Of a stretch of DNA of 41,194 nucleotides, positions 29,647 to 38,142 are shown one piece after another. Position numbers and translations under genes: made by a program. The notes under the pieces were generated by a model. That model saw only the letters and a program-made list of their open reading frames with translations, ran no database searches and was not told where the DNA came from. Origin of the DNA: an uncultured Rhodospirillaceae bacterium (GTDB lineage: Bacteria > Pseudomonadota > Alphaproteobacteria > UBA7887). The stretch covers positions 1 to 41,194 of the forward strand of contig CAZSYW010000004.1 of assembly GCA_964611315.1 (NCBI GenBank), in the 5' to 3' direction. The first letter of the stretch is position 1; the number at the start of each line of letters is the position of its first letter.

Positions 29647-29888
29647 CCATATCTATAGGACGAACCATGGAAAAGACAAAGTTTTGTCAGGTCTTGAAGT
29701 AATACCAAAATCAGGCTGATTAGTGACTGTATGCTCTAGGTTTGTTCCGCCAACTAAAGGCCACCACTCCTACGGCTTGGGGTTAGGAGATGGATGGCGT
29801 GTTTCGGGGCTCCTTTGATCTGTTTTTTTGTAGAGCACGTAGTATTAAAGAGTGAAGCCAATTCGGACTTAAGCAACTGGTAGGGGGA

Positions 29889-30326
29889 ATGCTTAACGTG
29901 AACAAGATATGGGATTACCAGATACGGATAAATTTTTCGGAACCCACAGCCCGACTGGTTCGGCATGATCTGAAGTGTGCTGAGTTAGCTCCACTGGCAG
30001 ATGTGCTCAAAAGACACAACGCCACATTAAGATGTCAGTTTGATGCGTTCGCTGCATACGTCGCGGAGGCAGAAAAATACGGCATCGAACACTATGGACT
30101 CTATGAGTGGACTAGGGCAACGCTTCATGATCCGGTGAAAGAAGCGAAATACCTAAAATCATTTACTGTGTATGTCGGTGGTAAAGAGGTTTATCCAAAA
30201 GGTGAAGCTGATACTTTGGAGGCAGACCTGAAACCTATGGTTGAATCTAAGACGATTGAGAAAATACTCAGATACGATACGAATCCGGCGAATAATCCGC
30301 AGGCCCCGCAACGCCTCGATGAGTGA
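29889..30326 (+). CDS. Hypothetical protein (145 aa), no recognisable domain
   Basis: The ORF has a GGGGGA RBS 3 nt before the ATG and a soluble-looking composition. I recognise no motif. Confidence 0.4.
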   Translation: MLNVNKIWDYQIRINFSEPTARLVRHDLKCAELAPLADVLKRHNATLRCQFDAFAAYVAEAEKYGIEHYGLYEWTRATLHDPVKEAKYLKSFTVYVGGKEVYPKGEADTLEADLKPMVESKTIEKILRYDTNPANNPQAPQRLDE

Positions 30327-30428
30327 GGTGCTCTCTTATTTTGATAGGTACGTTTTCTTGGCTATGCGTACTGTCAGTGCGTTGCAATATTTTTCGTTGA
30401 TAGTCGAGAGTGTCATTCTAGATTGCAC

Positions 30429-30458
30429 AACCCCGCAAAACGACACTAGAGCGGGGTT
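30429..30458. terminator. GC-rich hairpin between convergent genes (possible bidirectional terminator, no clear U-tract)
   Basis: There is a perfect 8-bp stem (AACCCCGC / GCGGGGTT) with a 14-nt loop. It lies between the stops at 30326 (+) and 30538 (-). Confidence 0.4.
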
Positions 30459-30537
30459 CTCTCGTGATTTGCACAGCTCCCATACATTTAGTGCAAGACG
30501 CCGCCATTAAAATATAGAGCCGCCGACTTTTTGATGG

Positions 30538-30996
30538 TCAGTTAGTATTTTTTACATGTGGTGTCATGGTTATTCGAACTAGACAGCCGCTTATAGCTCG
30601 CCCCTCTCTAATTTCAATAGTGGTTGCCCTATCACCGCGGGTGAAGGTCAACAGGCTTGTCTCCGACTGTACACTTGCGATCGGATCCCAACCAAATTGG
30701 GGCATCTGTGTCGTGTAAAGCGCAAATGCTTCAGAGTGGCTTTGGCTGATATTAAGCACCAACCTACCCGTCCACTGATCGCCACCTCCGAGAATCAGAG
30801 AATTGTGAGCGTCCAGAGTTGTTCCGGATGGGATTGGGATATCCGTAATAGGTTGGAATGTCGCATGTAAGTCCGCGTTGCCATCCAAAGAATTCGGAGC
30901 CGTCGTTTCGGTAAGACTCGTCCCTTTGTCGCAGGCCTGCGTGACAAACAAAACCGCGCCCACCAATATCACTAGACGGGAAATATAGTCTTTCAA
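30538..30996 (-). CDS. Putative lipoprotein, function unknown
   Basis: It has a signal peptide with a lipobox-like LFVTQA|C (MKDYISRLVILVGAVLFVTQAC). The mature part of about 130 aa has no recognisable motif. Confidence 0.5.
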   Translation of the reverse strand: MKDYISRLVILVGAVLFVTQACDKGTSLTETTAPNSLDGNADLHATFQPITDIPIPSGTTLDAHNSLILGGGDQWTGRLVLNISQSHSEAFALYTTQMPQFGWDPIASVQSETSLLTFTRGDRATTIEIREGRAISGCLVRITMTPHVKNTN

Positions 30997-31378
30997 TTAA
31001 AAATTCCTTTGTCAGCCTATTTGGGTGAAGTAACGGATCACACACACAACGAGAAATCTGGGCTTCAGGCTAAATGTTAAGCCTCAGCCGATGTCTGATG
31101 CAAGGGTTATACGTTTTCGTTGTCCTTTGTCTCAAGGGTCGCGATCATGTGCCTTGGATATTTTCGACTACTTGGGAGAAACTTAAAAGAGGTGACCCTA
31201 GAAAAATAGATCGAAAAATGGCATTTTGCTTAACTCTCCCGCGTTTGTCGCGGTTTAGGCATTTGTCCCTTTCGCGAATCGCAGGAGAGATATTGGTGCT
31301 GAGCAGGGACAGCTGGGGCGCGTCATTCTTCATTAGGAATGGAAATGTTTGTAAAAACATTATCCTTTGAGGGGTCTA

Positions 31379-31455
31379 TGGTAGCGGAGGTCGGATTTGA
31401 ACCAACGACCTTCGGATTATGATTCCGCTGCTCTAACCAGCTGAGCTACTCCGCC
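31379..31455 (-). tRNA. tRNA with CAU anticodon: elongator tRNA-Met type (lysidine-modified tRNA-Ile2 not excluded)
   Basis: I folded this 77-nt cloverleaf by hand. The acceptor is GGCGGAG/CUCCGCU (G1-U72), followed by U8, the D arm GCUC-AGCUGGUUA-GAGC and the anticodon loop AUCAUAA (CAU at 31419-31421). The T arm is GUUGG-UUCAAAU-CCGAC, followed by discriminator A and an encoded CCA. It lacks the initiator hallmarks (C1xA72, three G-C pairs in the anticodon stem). Confidence 0.85.
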
Positions 31456-31464
31456 ACGGGTTCG

Positions 31465-31493
31465 CCTATAAGGATGGGCAGTCCGACTGTCAA
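31465..31493 (-). promoter_or_regulatory. Sigma70-type promoter for the tRNA gene
   Basis: The minus strand reads TTGACA (31493-31488), a 17-nt spacer, TATAGG (31470-31465), then 9 nt to tRNA position 1. Confidence 0.6.
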
Positions 31494-31579
31494 GCGGTGC
31501 TATGGGGGGCTTGCTTATACGTTGTCTTGCTCATCCCTTTTAGTTCCAGTAAGTCTGCTGAGATTATAAGAGGAGCGAA

Positions 31580-32863
31580 GTGGTGCCGGATCGGATAGCG
31601 GTCATTGGGCTTGGTTACGTGGGGTTACCGGTAGCTGCAGCATTTGCTTCTGTGCATGCGGATGTTGTGGCGTACGATATTGACGAAGTACGTGTCCAGG
31701 AGTTGTGCCGTCAGTACGATCGTAATGGAGATATCCCTTCTGATGCTTTAGTCGGGCGCGAGCAAATTTTCACATCAAATCCCGGTGACCTAGCGGGCGC
31801 GACTTTTTATGTGGTTACAGTGCCAACACCTATAGACAAGAATCGTCAACCGGATCTTAGATCGATTATTCAGGCATGCGAATTGATTGGTTCTCGATTG
31901 AAGCAGGGAGATGTAGTTGTCTTAGAGTCAACAGTTTACCCTGGTGTGACAGAGGATGTCTGTGGCCCAGCGTTGGCAAGAAGTTCGGGTCTTGTTCAGG
32001 GCGTCGATTTTGCTCTCGGCTATTCTCCGGAGAGGATTAATCCTGGTGATACAGAGCACAGTTTTTCTACGATTACAAAAGTGATAGCTGCCCAAGATCA
32101 AATCACTCTGGATCGAATCAAGGCAGTTTATGGGCCAGTTGTTCCAGCCGGACTCCACTGTGCTCCGTCGATCAAAACCGCTGAGGCGGCTAAGGTGATT
32201 GAGAATACGCAGAGGGACCTTAATGTTGCCTTAATGAATGAGCTTGCGCTTATTTGCGATAGATTGGATATACGCACTGCCGATGTATTAGAGGCGGCCA
32301 GAACTAAGTGGAACTTCATACCTTTCATGCCAGGCTTGGTGGGAGGGCATTGTATAGGTGTGGATCCTTATTATCTTACCACGCGAGCCGAGCAAGCAGG
32401 TTACTATCCTCAGGTCATTCTTGCGGGACGGAGGATCAACGATTCGATGGGGATGCATATCGCAAATAAAATGGTCACTTTATTGAGTGCCGCAGGGAAG
32501 GCATTAGACAAGGCGCGGATCGGAATTATGGGTTTGAGCTTTAAAGAGAATGTATCTGATTTACGAAATAGTCGGGTACCGGATATCGTAAAAAAATTAG
32601 GTGAATTCGGAATTAATCCGCTTGTGCATGACCCATTTGCCAACGGGGACGATGCGCTTCACCAGTATGGTATCCAACTTTCAAACCTAGATATGATGCG
32701 GAATCTGGATGGTCTGGTAGTAGCTGTTCCCCATAAACCGTACGTTGAGATGCATTCTCAGGATTTAGGGACTATCTTGGCAGCTAACTCTGTATTGATC
32801 GACGTTAAATCGGCGTTAGATCAAACCAAGTTGCCCAACGGTATTACATATTGGAGTTTGTAG
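31580..32863 (+). CDS. UDP-N-acetyl-hexosamine 6-dehydrogenase-type nucleotide-sugar dehydrogenase (TviB/WbpO/CapL family)
   Basis: It has IAVIGLGYVGLPVA, VVTVPTPIDKNRQPDL, ESTVYPGVTED, GYSPERINPGD, KVIENTQRDLNVALMNEL and PGLVGGHCIGVDPYYL. By memory it is collinear with Vi-antigen TviB. A GTG start follows AGGAG. Confidence 0.85.
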   Translation: MVPDRIAVIGLGYVGLPVAAAFASVHADVVAYDIDEVRVQELCRQYDRNGDIPSDALVGREQIFTSNPGDLAGATFYVVTVPTPIDKNRQPDLRSIIQACELIGSRLKQGDVVVLESTVYPGVTEDVCGPALARSSGLVQGVDFALGYSPERINPGDTEHSFSTITKVIAAQDQITLDRIKAVYGPVVPAGLHCAPSIKTAEAAKVIENTQRDLNVALMNELALICDRLDIRTADVLEAARTKWNFIPFMPGLVGGHCIGVDPYYLTTRAEQAGYYPQVILAGRRINDSMGMHIANKMVTLLSAAGKALDKARIGIMGLSFKENVSDLRNSRVPDIVKKLGEFGINPLVHDPFANGDDALHQYGIQLSNLDMMRNLDGLVVAVPHKPYVEMHSQDLGTILAANSVLIDVKSALDQTKLPNGITYWSL

Positions 32864-33968
32864 AGGGTCGTTCGATCCAGCCACCGCCAACCAAACGGGT
32901 CCCATCATAAAAAACAGCAGCCTGCCCTGGTGACACAGCACCAGGCGGGGTGTCGAAAACTACTTCGGCTCGGTCCCCCGGTAGCATCCGCACCCGAGCG
33001 GGGGTCCCTGTGTGGGCTGATCTAACCTTTACGATCCACTCCATCTCTTCCGAGGTCTCTGGCTCAGAACCTAGCCAATTAACCCTGTTTATTGCAATTT
33101 TTGTTACTTCCAGAGACGATTTCGGGCCTACCAGTACTTCCCGGGATACGGGGTCTAAACCCAGAACGTAGAGTGCCTCTGGCCAAGAAACTCCAAGACC
33201 ATGCCTTTGGCCGACCGTAAAGTGGATAATGCCGCGGTGTTGTCCCACAACGAGCCCTCCCTGGAGCACAATATTGCCCGGTTCTGATGCGCCCGGCCTT
33301 AGTTTTTCTATTATTCCGGCGTAGTCACCATCAGGTACGAAGCAGATATCCTGGCTGTCGGGTTTGGAAGCAACAGGAAGATCCAAACTGGCTGCCAAAT
33401 CGCGGGTTGCGTCTTTGCTTAGACTGCCGAGTGGAAAGCGCAAGTATTCAAGTTGCTCAAGGGTTGTTGCGAATAAAAAATAACTTTGGTCCTTCGTAAG
33501 ATCAGAGGCTTTGTGTAATTCAGTTTGACCACGTGTGGCTATTCTTCGTACGTAGTGACCAGTGACCAACGCACGGGCGTTCAGGCTTCGTGCGGTTTCC
33601 AAAAGGTCTTGAAATTTGATTCGCTCATTGCATCTTACGCATGGAATTGGGGTGTATCCGGATTGGTAACTATCGGCGAAATCATCAATAACTGCTTGTT
33701 GGAATCGTTGTTCGTAATCCAGTACGTAATGAGGAATATTTAAATTGGCTGCTACCCGGCGGGCGTCGTGGATGTCTTGACCCGCGCAGCAGGCTCGCTT
33801 GTTGCTAAGTGCTTTTCCATGATCATAGAGTTGAAGTGTGAGGCCTATTACCTGATAACCGCGTTTAACCATGAGCGCTGCTGCCACAGAACTATCTACG
33901 CCCCCCGACATTGCCACCACAATCCGGTTGCTCTCAATTTGGTTTGGAGGAGGCCCGCTGTCTGTCAT
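32844..33968 (-). CDS. mnmA: tRNA 2-thiouridine(34) synthase
   Basis: It has the PP-loop VVAMSGGVDSSVAA and a catalytic Cys context (RACCAGQD...; QDICF). The ATG at 33968 is preferred, but the ORF stays open to a GTG at 33998. The 3' end overlaps the convergent dehydrogenase gene by 20 nt. Confidence 0.85.
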   Translation of the reverse strand: MTDSGPPPNQIESNRIVVAMSGGVDSSVAAALMVKRGYQVIGLTLQLYDHGKALSNKRACCAGQDIHDARRVAANLNIPHYVLDYEQRFQQAVIDDFADSYQSGYTPIPCVRCNERIKFQDLLETARSLNARALVTGHYVRRIATRGQTELHKASDLTKDQSYFLFATTLEQLEYLRFPLGSLSKDATRDLAASLDLPVASKPDSQDICFVPDGDYAGIIEKLRPGASEPGNIVLQGGLVVGQHRGIIHFTVGQRHGLGVSWPEALYVLGLDPVSREVLVGPKSSLEVTKIAINRVNWLGSEPETSEEMEWIVKVRSAHTGTPARVRMLPGDRAEVVFDTPPGAVSPGQAAVFYDGTRLVGGGWIERPSTNSNM

Positions 33969-34342
33969 CGTACATCCAGAGGTTAAGTTTCGTTCCACAG
34001 AAGGAGTGATTGCGTACCAATAGACCGGATACGAAATGGGTAGTGTTCTTTTCTAACCAGAAAGCTGTGGCAGATAAACTATAATCATAAAGAGTTTGTC
34101 GGAGCTAGGCTCGTGTTTTTTTTTGGCCACCAATGCAACGCTAGCTGGAGGAAAGCGAATTTCTTGGTTTGGGAAGGTTTTATGAATGGTTGGCTTTTTG
34201 GGTATTGTAATTTCTTTGGAAACTAAACTCTACGCTGGTTTTCCTTGCTTCTATGGGGCTAAAATTTAATCTTCTGGTGATTTAAAGAGAGTGAACTTGG
34301 ACCTCAAGATTTGATTGGCTCGCACGGGGAGATCAAGTTGTC

Positions 34343-34675
34343 TCACCCCAAAAGAATGTTTCGGCTATTTTTAGGAACCCGCAACACCAAGCCATCGAGA
34401 GCCTCAGTTACAACGATTTGACAACCCAAGCGAGACGTAAGAGTAAGGCCAAAAGCTAGGTCCAGCATGTCTTCTTCGTCTTCTGATGGAGGTTCTAGGA
34501 AGTCATAAAATTCATTCTCCACAATTACGTGGCACGTCGAACATGCCATTGAGCCCTCGCACGCGCCTTCAAGGTCGACCCCATGCTCGTGGGCAAGATC
34601 CAGAACAGTTTCCCCAAGTGTCGCTTCTACCTGAAGCTGCGTCCCGTCTCCGTTAATAAATGTCACTTTAGGCAT
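34343..34675 (-). CDS. Adrenodoxin-type [2Fe-2S] ferredoxin
   Basis: It has MPKVTFI..DG and the Cys ligands [12 protein letters not shown] ... C (LGCQI). It is 110 aa long. Confidence 0.85.
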   Translation of the reverse strand: MPKVTFINGDGTQLQVEATLGETVLDLAHEHGVDLEGACEGSMACSTCHVIVENEFYDFLEPPSEDEEDMLDLAFGLTLTSRLGCQIVVTEALDGLVLRVPKNSRNILLG

Positions 34676-34776
34676 GCGGATCTTGGCGCCGCGGGATTGT
34701 CAAAACCGAGTCCCCAGCTTGCCCAATCTTCTTTGTTTCCATGGAGTACAACGTGCTGGCGTCCAATAAACGTAGT

Positions 34777-35970
34777 TTATAGTGCGATAACTTCGTCGGT
34801 CTTTCCCTTAGTTCTCAGTGTTAAAACTGTATCAGTGATTCGATCTATTGAATAATCGATCTCGGCTGCAGTGGTGAAACGGCCGATACCAAACCGGAGT
34901 GAGCCTCGGGCGATTTCCTCACTCAGCCCCAAGGCCCGGATTACATAGGACGGCTCTATGGAGGTTGAAGTGCAGGCTGAACCCGATGAGATCGCTATAT
35001 CTGGGATGGCGTCCATAATCACCTCACTATCCAAACCGGGGAAGCTTAGGTTGAGATTTCCAGGAAGGCGTAATTTGAGATGCCCGTGCACCATCACGTC
35101 TGGCAATTCTTTTGAAATACCATCATATAGGCGATCACGCAGAGTTTGCAGACGTCGAGCCTCCTGTTCTAGTTCATCGTACGCAATCTGGCAGGCGCTC
35201 CCAAGCCCCACGCAAAGTGGAGTGGGCAGTGTGCCGGAACGCAAATTTCGCTCCTGCCCGCCTCCATCGATCTGCGCATTGAGACGCACCCGAGGACGCC
35301 GTCGAACATATAAAGCACCGATTCCTTTTGGACCGTACAACTTATGGCTGGAGATGCTCATCAAGTCGATATTCATGGCATTGACGTCGATAGGGATTTT
35401 CCCGACAGCCTGTGCGGCGTCGGTGTGGAACAAGATGTCACGCTCTTCACACAAACCGCCAATAGTAGTGATTTGCTGTATGACGCCGATCTCGTTGTGA
35501 GCTGCCATTACTGAGACCAACAGTGTGTCGTCGGTCAGATGGGCAGCTAGCTGATCCAGATCAATCAAACCGCTTGTCTCCACCGGCAGAAAAATTACCT
35601 CGTAGCCGTTCGAACTCAAATTTTGACAGGTTTCCAATACACACTTGTGTTCCGTCGCAATTGTTACAATCCGATGTTTCTCTTTTCCATAAAATTGAGC
35701 AGCACCTTTTAGTGCTAAATTGTTAGATTCAGTGGCACCCGAAGTGAAGATAACCTCACGCGGGTCCGATCCGATTATATTAGCGATCTTGGCGCGGGCA
35801 GATTCAACGGCATCCTGAGCTTGCCGGCCGTAGCTGTGTGTCCGGGAATGGGGGTTCCCAGGTTTGTCAAAGAAATATGGGATCATTAACTCCAGCACTC
35901 TAGGATCTGTAGGTGTGGTAGACTGGTAGTCTAGGTAGATTGGAACCTTTAAATCGTCAGTCCTGTTCAT
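34777..35970 (-). CDS. iscS: Cysteine desulfurase IscS (class I, PLP-dependent)
   Basis: It has IYLDYQSTTP, the PLP-Lys block SSHKLYGPKGIGALY and the active-site loop SSGSACTS. The ATG at 35970 lies 16 nt after the upstream stop. The longer ORF to 36072 is rejected. Confidence 0.85.
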   Translation of the reverse strand: MNRTDDLKVPIYLDYQSTTPTDPRVLELMIPYFFDKPGNPHSRTHSYGRQAQDAVESARAKIANIIGSDPREVIFTSGATESNNLALKGAAQFYGKEKHRIVTIATEHKCVLETCQNLSSNGYEVIFLPVETSGLIDLDQLAAHLTDDTLLVSVMAAHNEIGVIQQITTIGGLCEERDILFHTDAAQAVGKIPIDVNAMNIDLMSISSHKLYGPKGIGALYVRRRPRVRLNAQIDGGGQERNLRSGTLPTPLCVGLGSACQIAYDELEQEARRLQTLRDRLYDGISKELPDVMVHGHLKLRLPGNLNLSFPGLDSEVIMDAIPDIAISSGSACTSTSIEPSYVIRALGLSEEIARGSLRFGIGRFTTAAEIDYSIDRITDTVLTLRTKGKTDEVIAL

Positions 35971-35986
35971 GGCTGCTTCCGCTTCA

Positions 35987-37129
35987 TTATGGGCATCGCA
36001 CCAGTCTGGAGTGGCCTTTCTGGCTTTGATCATATAACGCAAGCCAAGCCTCTGCAGCGTGTTTGATCTCACTTTCCGTGGTAGCCCAACCTACGCTAAC
36101 GCGAATTGTTTCATTGGCACTACGAGAATCAACGCCCATTGCGGTCAAGACATGGCTTGCGGTGACTTTCCCCGAACTACAGGCGGCACCCGCGCTAACG
36201 GCGATCCCCGCTAAATCGAGAGCAATTACTTGGGTCTCAGCAGGGCTCCCGGGCATGCGCAGGCAGCACGTATTGACCAAACGAGGGCTCCTCTGCCCAA
36301 AGATCTCGATATCTGGAGCCTTGCTAATTAGTAATTCCTCAAACTGATTTCGTAGGCATAACATACGACTAATTTCATCATTTTGTCCCTGAATTTCGGC
36401 ACATACCTTTGCGAAACCAACGACTGCAGCTACATTCTCAGTTCCAGCTCGTCGTCGACCTTCCTGGCCGCCTCCCACCAATTGTGCTGTAATCTCAACA
36501 CTTGGGTGTACCGCCAAAGCACCGATCCCCTTGGGCCCACCGATTTTGTGCGCGGATATGGTCATCAGGTCGATTCCGAGTGCGGCCATATCAATTTTTA
36601 ACTTGCCAAGTGCTTGTACAGCATCGCAATGAACTAACGCATTACGTTGGTGGGAAATCGAGGTGATTTCGGCCAATGGCTGAATGACGCCAGTCTCGTT
36701 ATTGGCCATCATCACTGAAACTAAAGTTGGGGCGGTTTGCTCGGAGAGCAATGTATCCAAAGCAGCTGTGTCAATTATGCCGTTTTTGTTCACTGGAATA
36801 CGTATTGCATTGGGGGCGGCCGCGAGTACGGACTCATGTTCTATGTCGGACACCAATCGAGTGGGCCGGCTAGTGCCTGAAAGTGCCAAATTGTTTGCTT
36901 CTGTCCCGCCACTGGTAAAAATCAACCTGGCCGGATCTGCACCTACGGTAGCAGAGACCATATCGCGCGCGTCGTCCATCTTCCTGCGGGCGATGCGGCC
37001 GAACGCATGCACGGAAGAGGGGTTCCCCGCAAGTGACATAGTCGCCCTCATTACTTCGGCCACCGAAGGTCGAAGTGGTGCGCTAGCATTGTAATCTAGG
37101 TAGCTTGGTTGATCCTTCGCATTGTTCAA
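35987..37129 (-). CDS. NifS-like cysteine desulfurase / class V aminotransferase (second paralogue)
   Basis: It has YLDYNASAP, the PLP-Lys block SAHKIGGPKGIGAL and a Cys loop (SAGAACSSG). Confidence 0.8.
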   Translation of the reverse strand: MNNAKDQPSYLDYNASAPLRPSVAEVMRATMSLAGNPSSVHAFGRIARRKMDDARDMVSATVGADPARLIFTSGGTEANNLALSGTSRPTRLVSDIEHESVLAAAPNAIRIPVNKNGIIDTAALDTLLSEQTAPTLVSVMMANNETGVIQPLAEITSISHQRNALVHCDAVQALGKLKIDMAALGIDLMTISAHKIGGPKGIGALAVHPSVEITAQLVGGGQEGRRRAGTENVAAVVGFAKVCAEIQGQNDEISRMLCLRNQFEELLISKAPDIEIFGQRSPRLVNTCCLRMPGSPAETQVIALDLAGIAVSAGAACSSGKVTASHVLTAMGVDSRSANETIRVSVGWATTESEIKHAAEAWLALYDQSQKGHSRLVRCP

Positions 37130-37189
37130 TTCAATATGCTTCCGTTAGGTCTTGCTACATGGTCAAACGATAAGTCTGGTCTAGTTAGT

Positions 37190-37936
37190 TTATTCAGTTT
37201 CAGGAATTTTAGGGTGTTTGCCGCCCTCATTTTCAGCTGCAGCTCCGGATTTTGGAGTGGCCGATTCGTTTCGTACATTGTGTGACGCTTCGAGATTTTG
37301 GGTGCGCTCTCGCAACTGGTTAACCTCTTCCGCCAATTGATCAAGTGCTCGGGCCACGGGATCAGGAAGACTGTCGGTAGTGCCATACGCCATGAAGTTG
37401 GGAGTTTTGCCTTGCCTCGTCTTACCAACTTCCTTAGCCGGTATTCCAACCACTGTTGTGCCTGGCGCGACGTCTTTCACAACAACCGCGTTCGACCCAA
37501 TACGAGCATTAGTGCCTACTATCACTGGACCTAACACTTTGGCGCCCGCGCCAACAATGACCCCGTTTCCTAAGGTCGGGTGCCGTTTAATTCCGCGTTC
37601 AAGGGACGTTCCACCAAGTGTTACTCCTTGGTATAGCGTTACGTCATCCCCTATTTCGGCCGTTGCACCTATGACCACGCCCATACCATGGTCGATAAAC
37701 AAGCCTTTTCCGATTTTTGCTGCGGGGTGGATCTCAATTCCTGTTGCCACACGGCCGATATGGGAAACGAATCGTCCTAACAGCTTTAACCCATGACGCC
37801 ACGCAAAATGGCTTAAGTAGTAAAAAAAGACCGCGTGAAACCCTGGATAGCAGAATACGACTTCCAGACGCGAACGAGCGGCCGGATCATGCTCCAAAAT
37901 CACCGAAATTTGGCGGGCTAAATTCTTGAAAATCAT
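37190..37936 (-). CDS. cysE: Serine O-acetyltransferase
   Basis: It has DPAA....EV...[32 protein letters not shown] and hexapeptide repeats. A C-terminal tail of about 60 aa ends in ...PETE. Confidence 0.85.
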   Translation of the reverse strand: MIFKNLARQISVILEHDPAARSRLEVVFCYPGFHAVFFYYLSHFAWRHGLKLLGRFVSHIGRVATGIEIHPAAKIGKGLFIDHGMGVVIGATAEIGDDVTLYQGVTLGGTSLERGIKRHPTLGNGVIVGAGAKVLGPVIVGTNARIGSNAVVVKDVAPGTTVVGIPAKEVGKTRQGKTPNFMAYGTTDSLPDPVARALDQLAEEVNQLRERTQNLEASHNVRNESATPKSGAAAENEGGKHPKIPETE

Positions 37937-38029
37937 TGTGATCGTTGTGATATGTTCGGAGGCCGCGTTTACTCCAGGTTGCGCGTGCCCCGTTCAATTT
38001 CCTAAAGTTCGAATCCTGGATATAAAATC

Positions 38030-38048
38030 CTTGACCGATTCAGTCAAG
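38030..38048. promoter_or_regulatory. Perfect 6-7-6 inverted repeat CTTGAC-N7-GTCAAG in the divergent cysE / hydrolase promoter region (candidate operator)
   Basis: I read this directly from the sequence. It lies about 95 nt from each flanking start codon. The GAC-N-GTC core is reminiscent of Rrf2/IscR-type sites, but no regulator gene is present in the window. Confidence 0.3.
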
Positions 38049-38142
38049 AATTAGTGGTTGGATTTCTTGCGCGTCGCTTTCTTAAACATTTGATTTAGGG
38101 GGCGTTTTAGTTTTCTGGAATGTCTAGGGAGGAGATATTAAG

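Noticed and set aside
31074-31370. Overlapping 98-aa (+) and 71-aa (-) ORFs in the spacer next to the tRNA
   Set aside because: They are mutually overlapping and lack an RBS. Their translations are odd (Cys/Arg/Leu-rich) and carry no motif. I treat the region as non-coding.
29553-31455. Genomic island integrated at the tRNA (CAU anticodon)
   Set aside because: No integrase or recombinase is present. By eye I found no direct repeat of the tRNA 3' end in the adjacent 1.9 kb. Only two small orphan genes are present.
34958-35500. 180-aa plus-strand ORF
   Set aside because: It lies antisense inside iscS. The product is Arg/Ser-rich, and I treat it as a shadow ORF.
35971-36072. Upstream extension of iscS (431-aa version)
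   Set aside because: It overlaps the 3' end of the NifS-like gene. IscS similarity starts just after the ATG at 35970.
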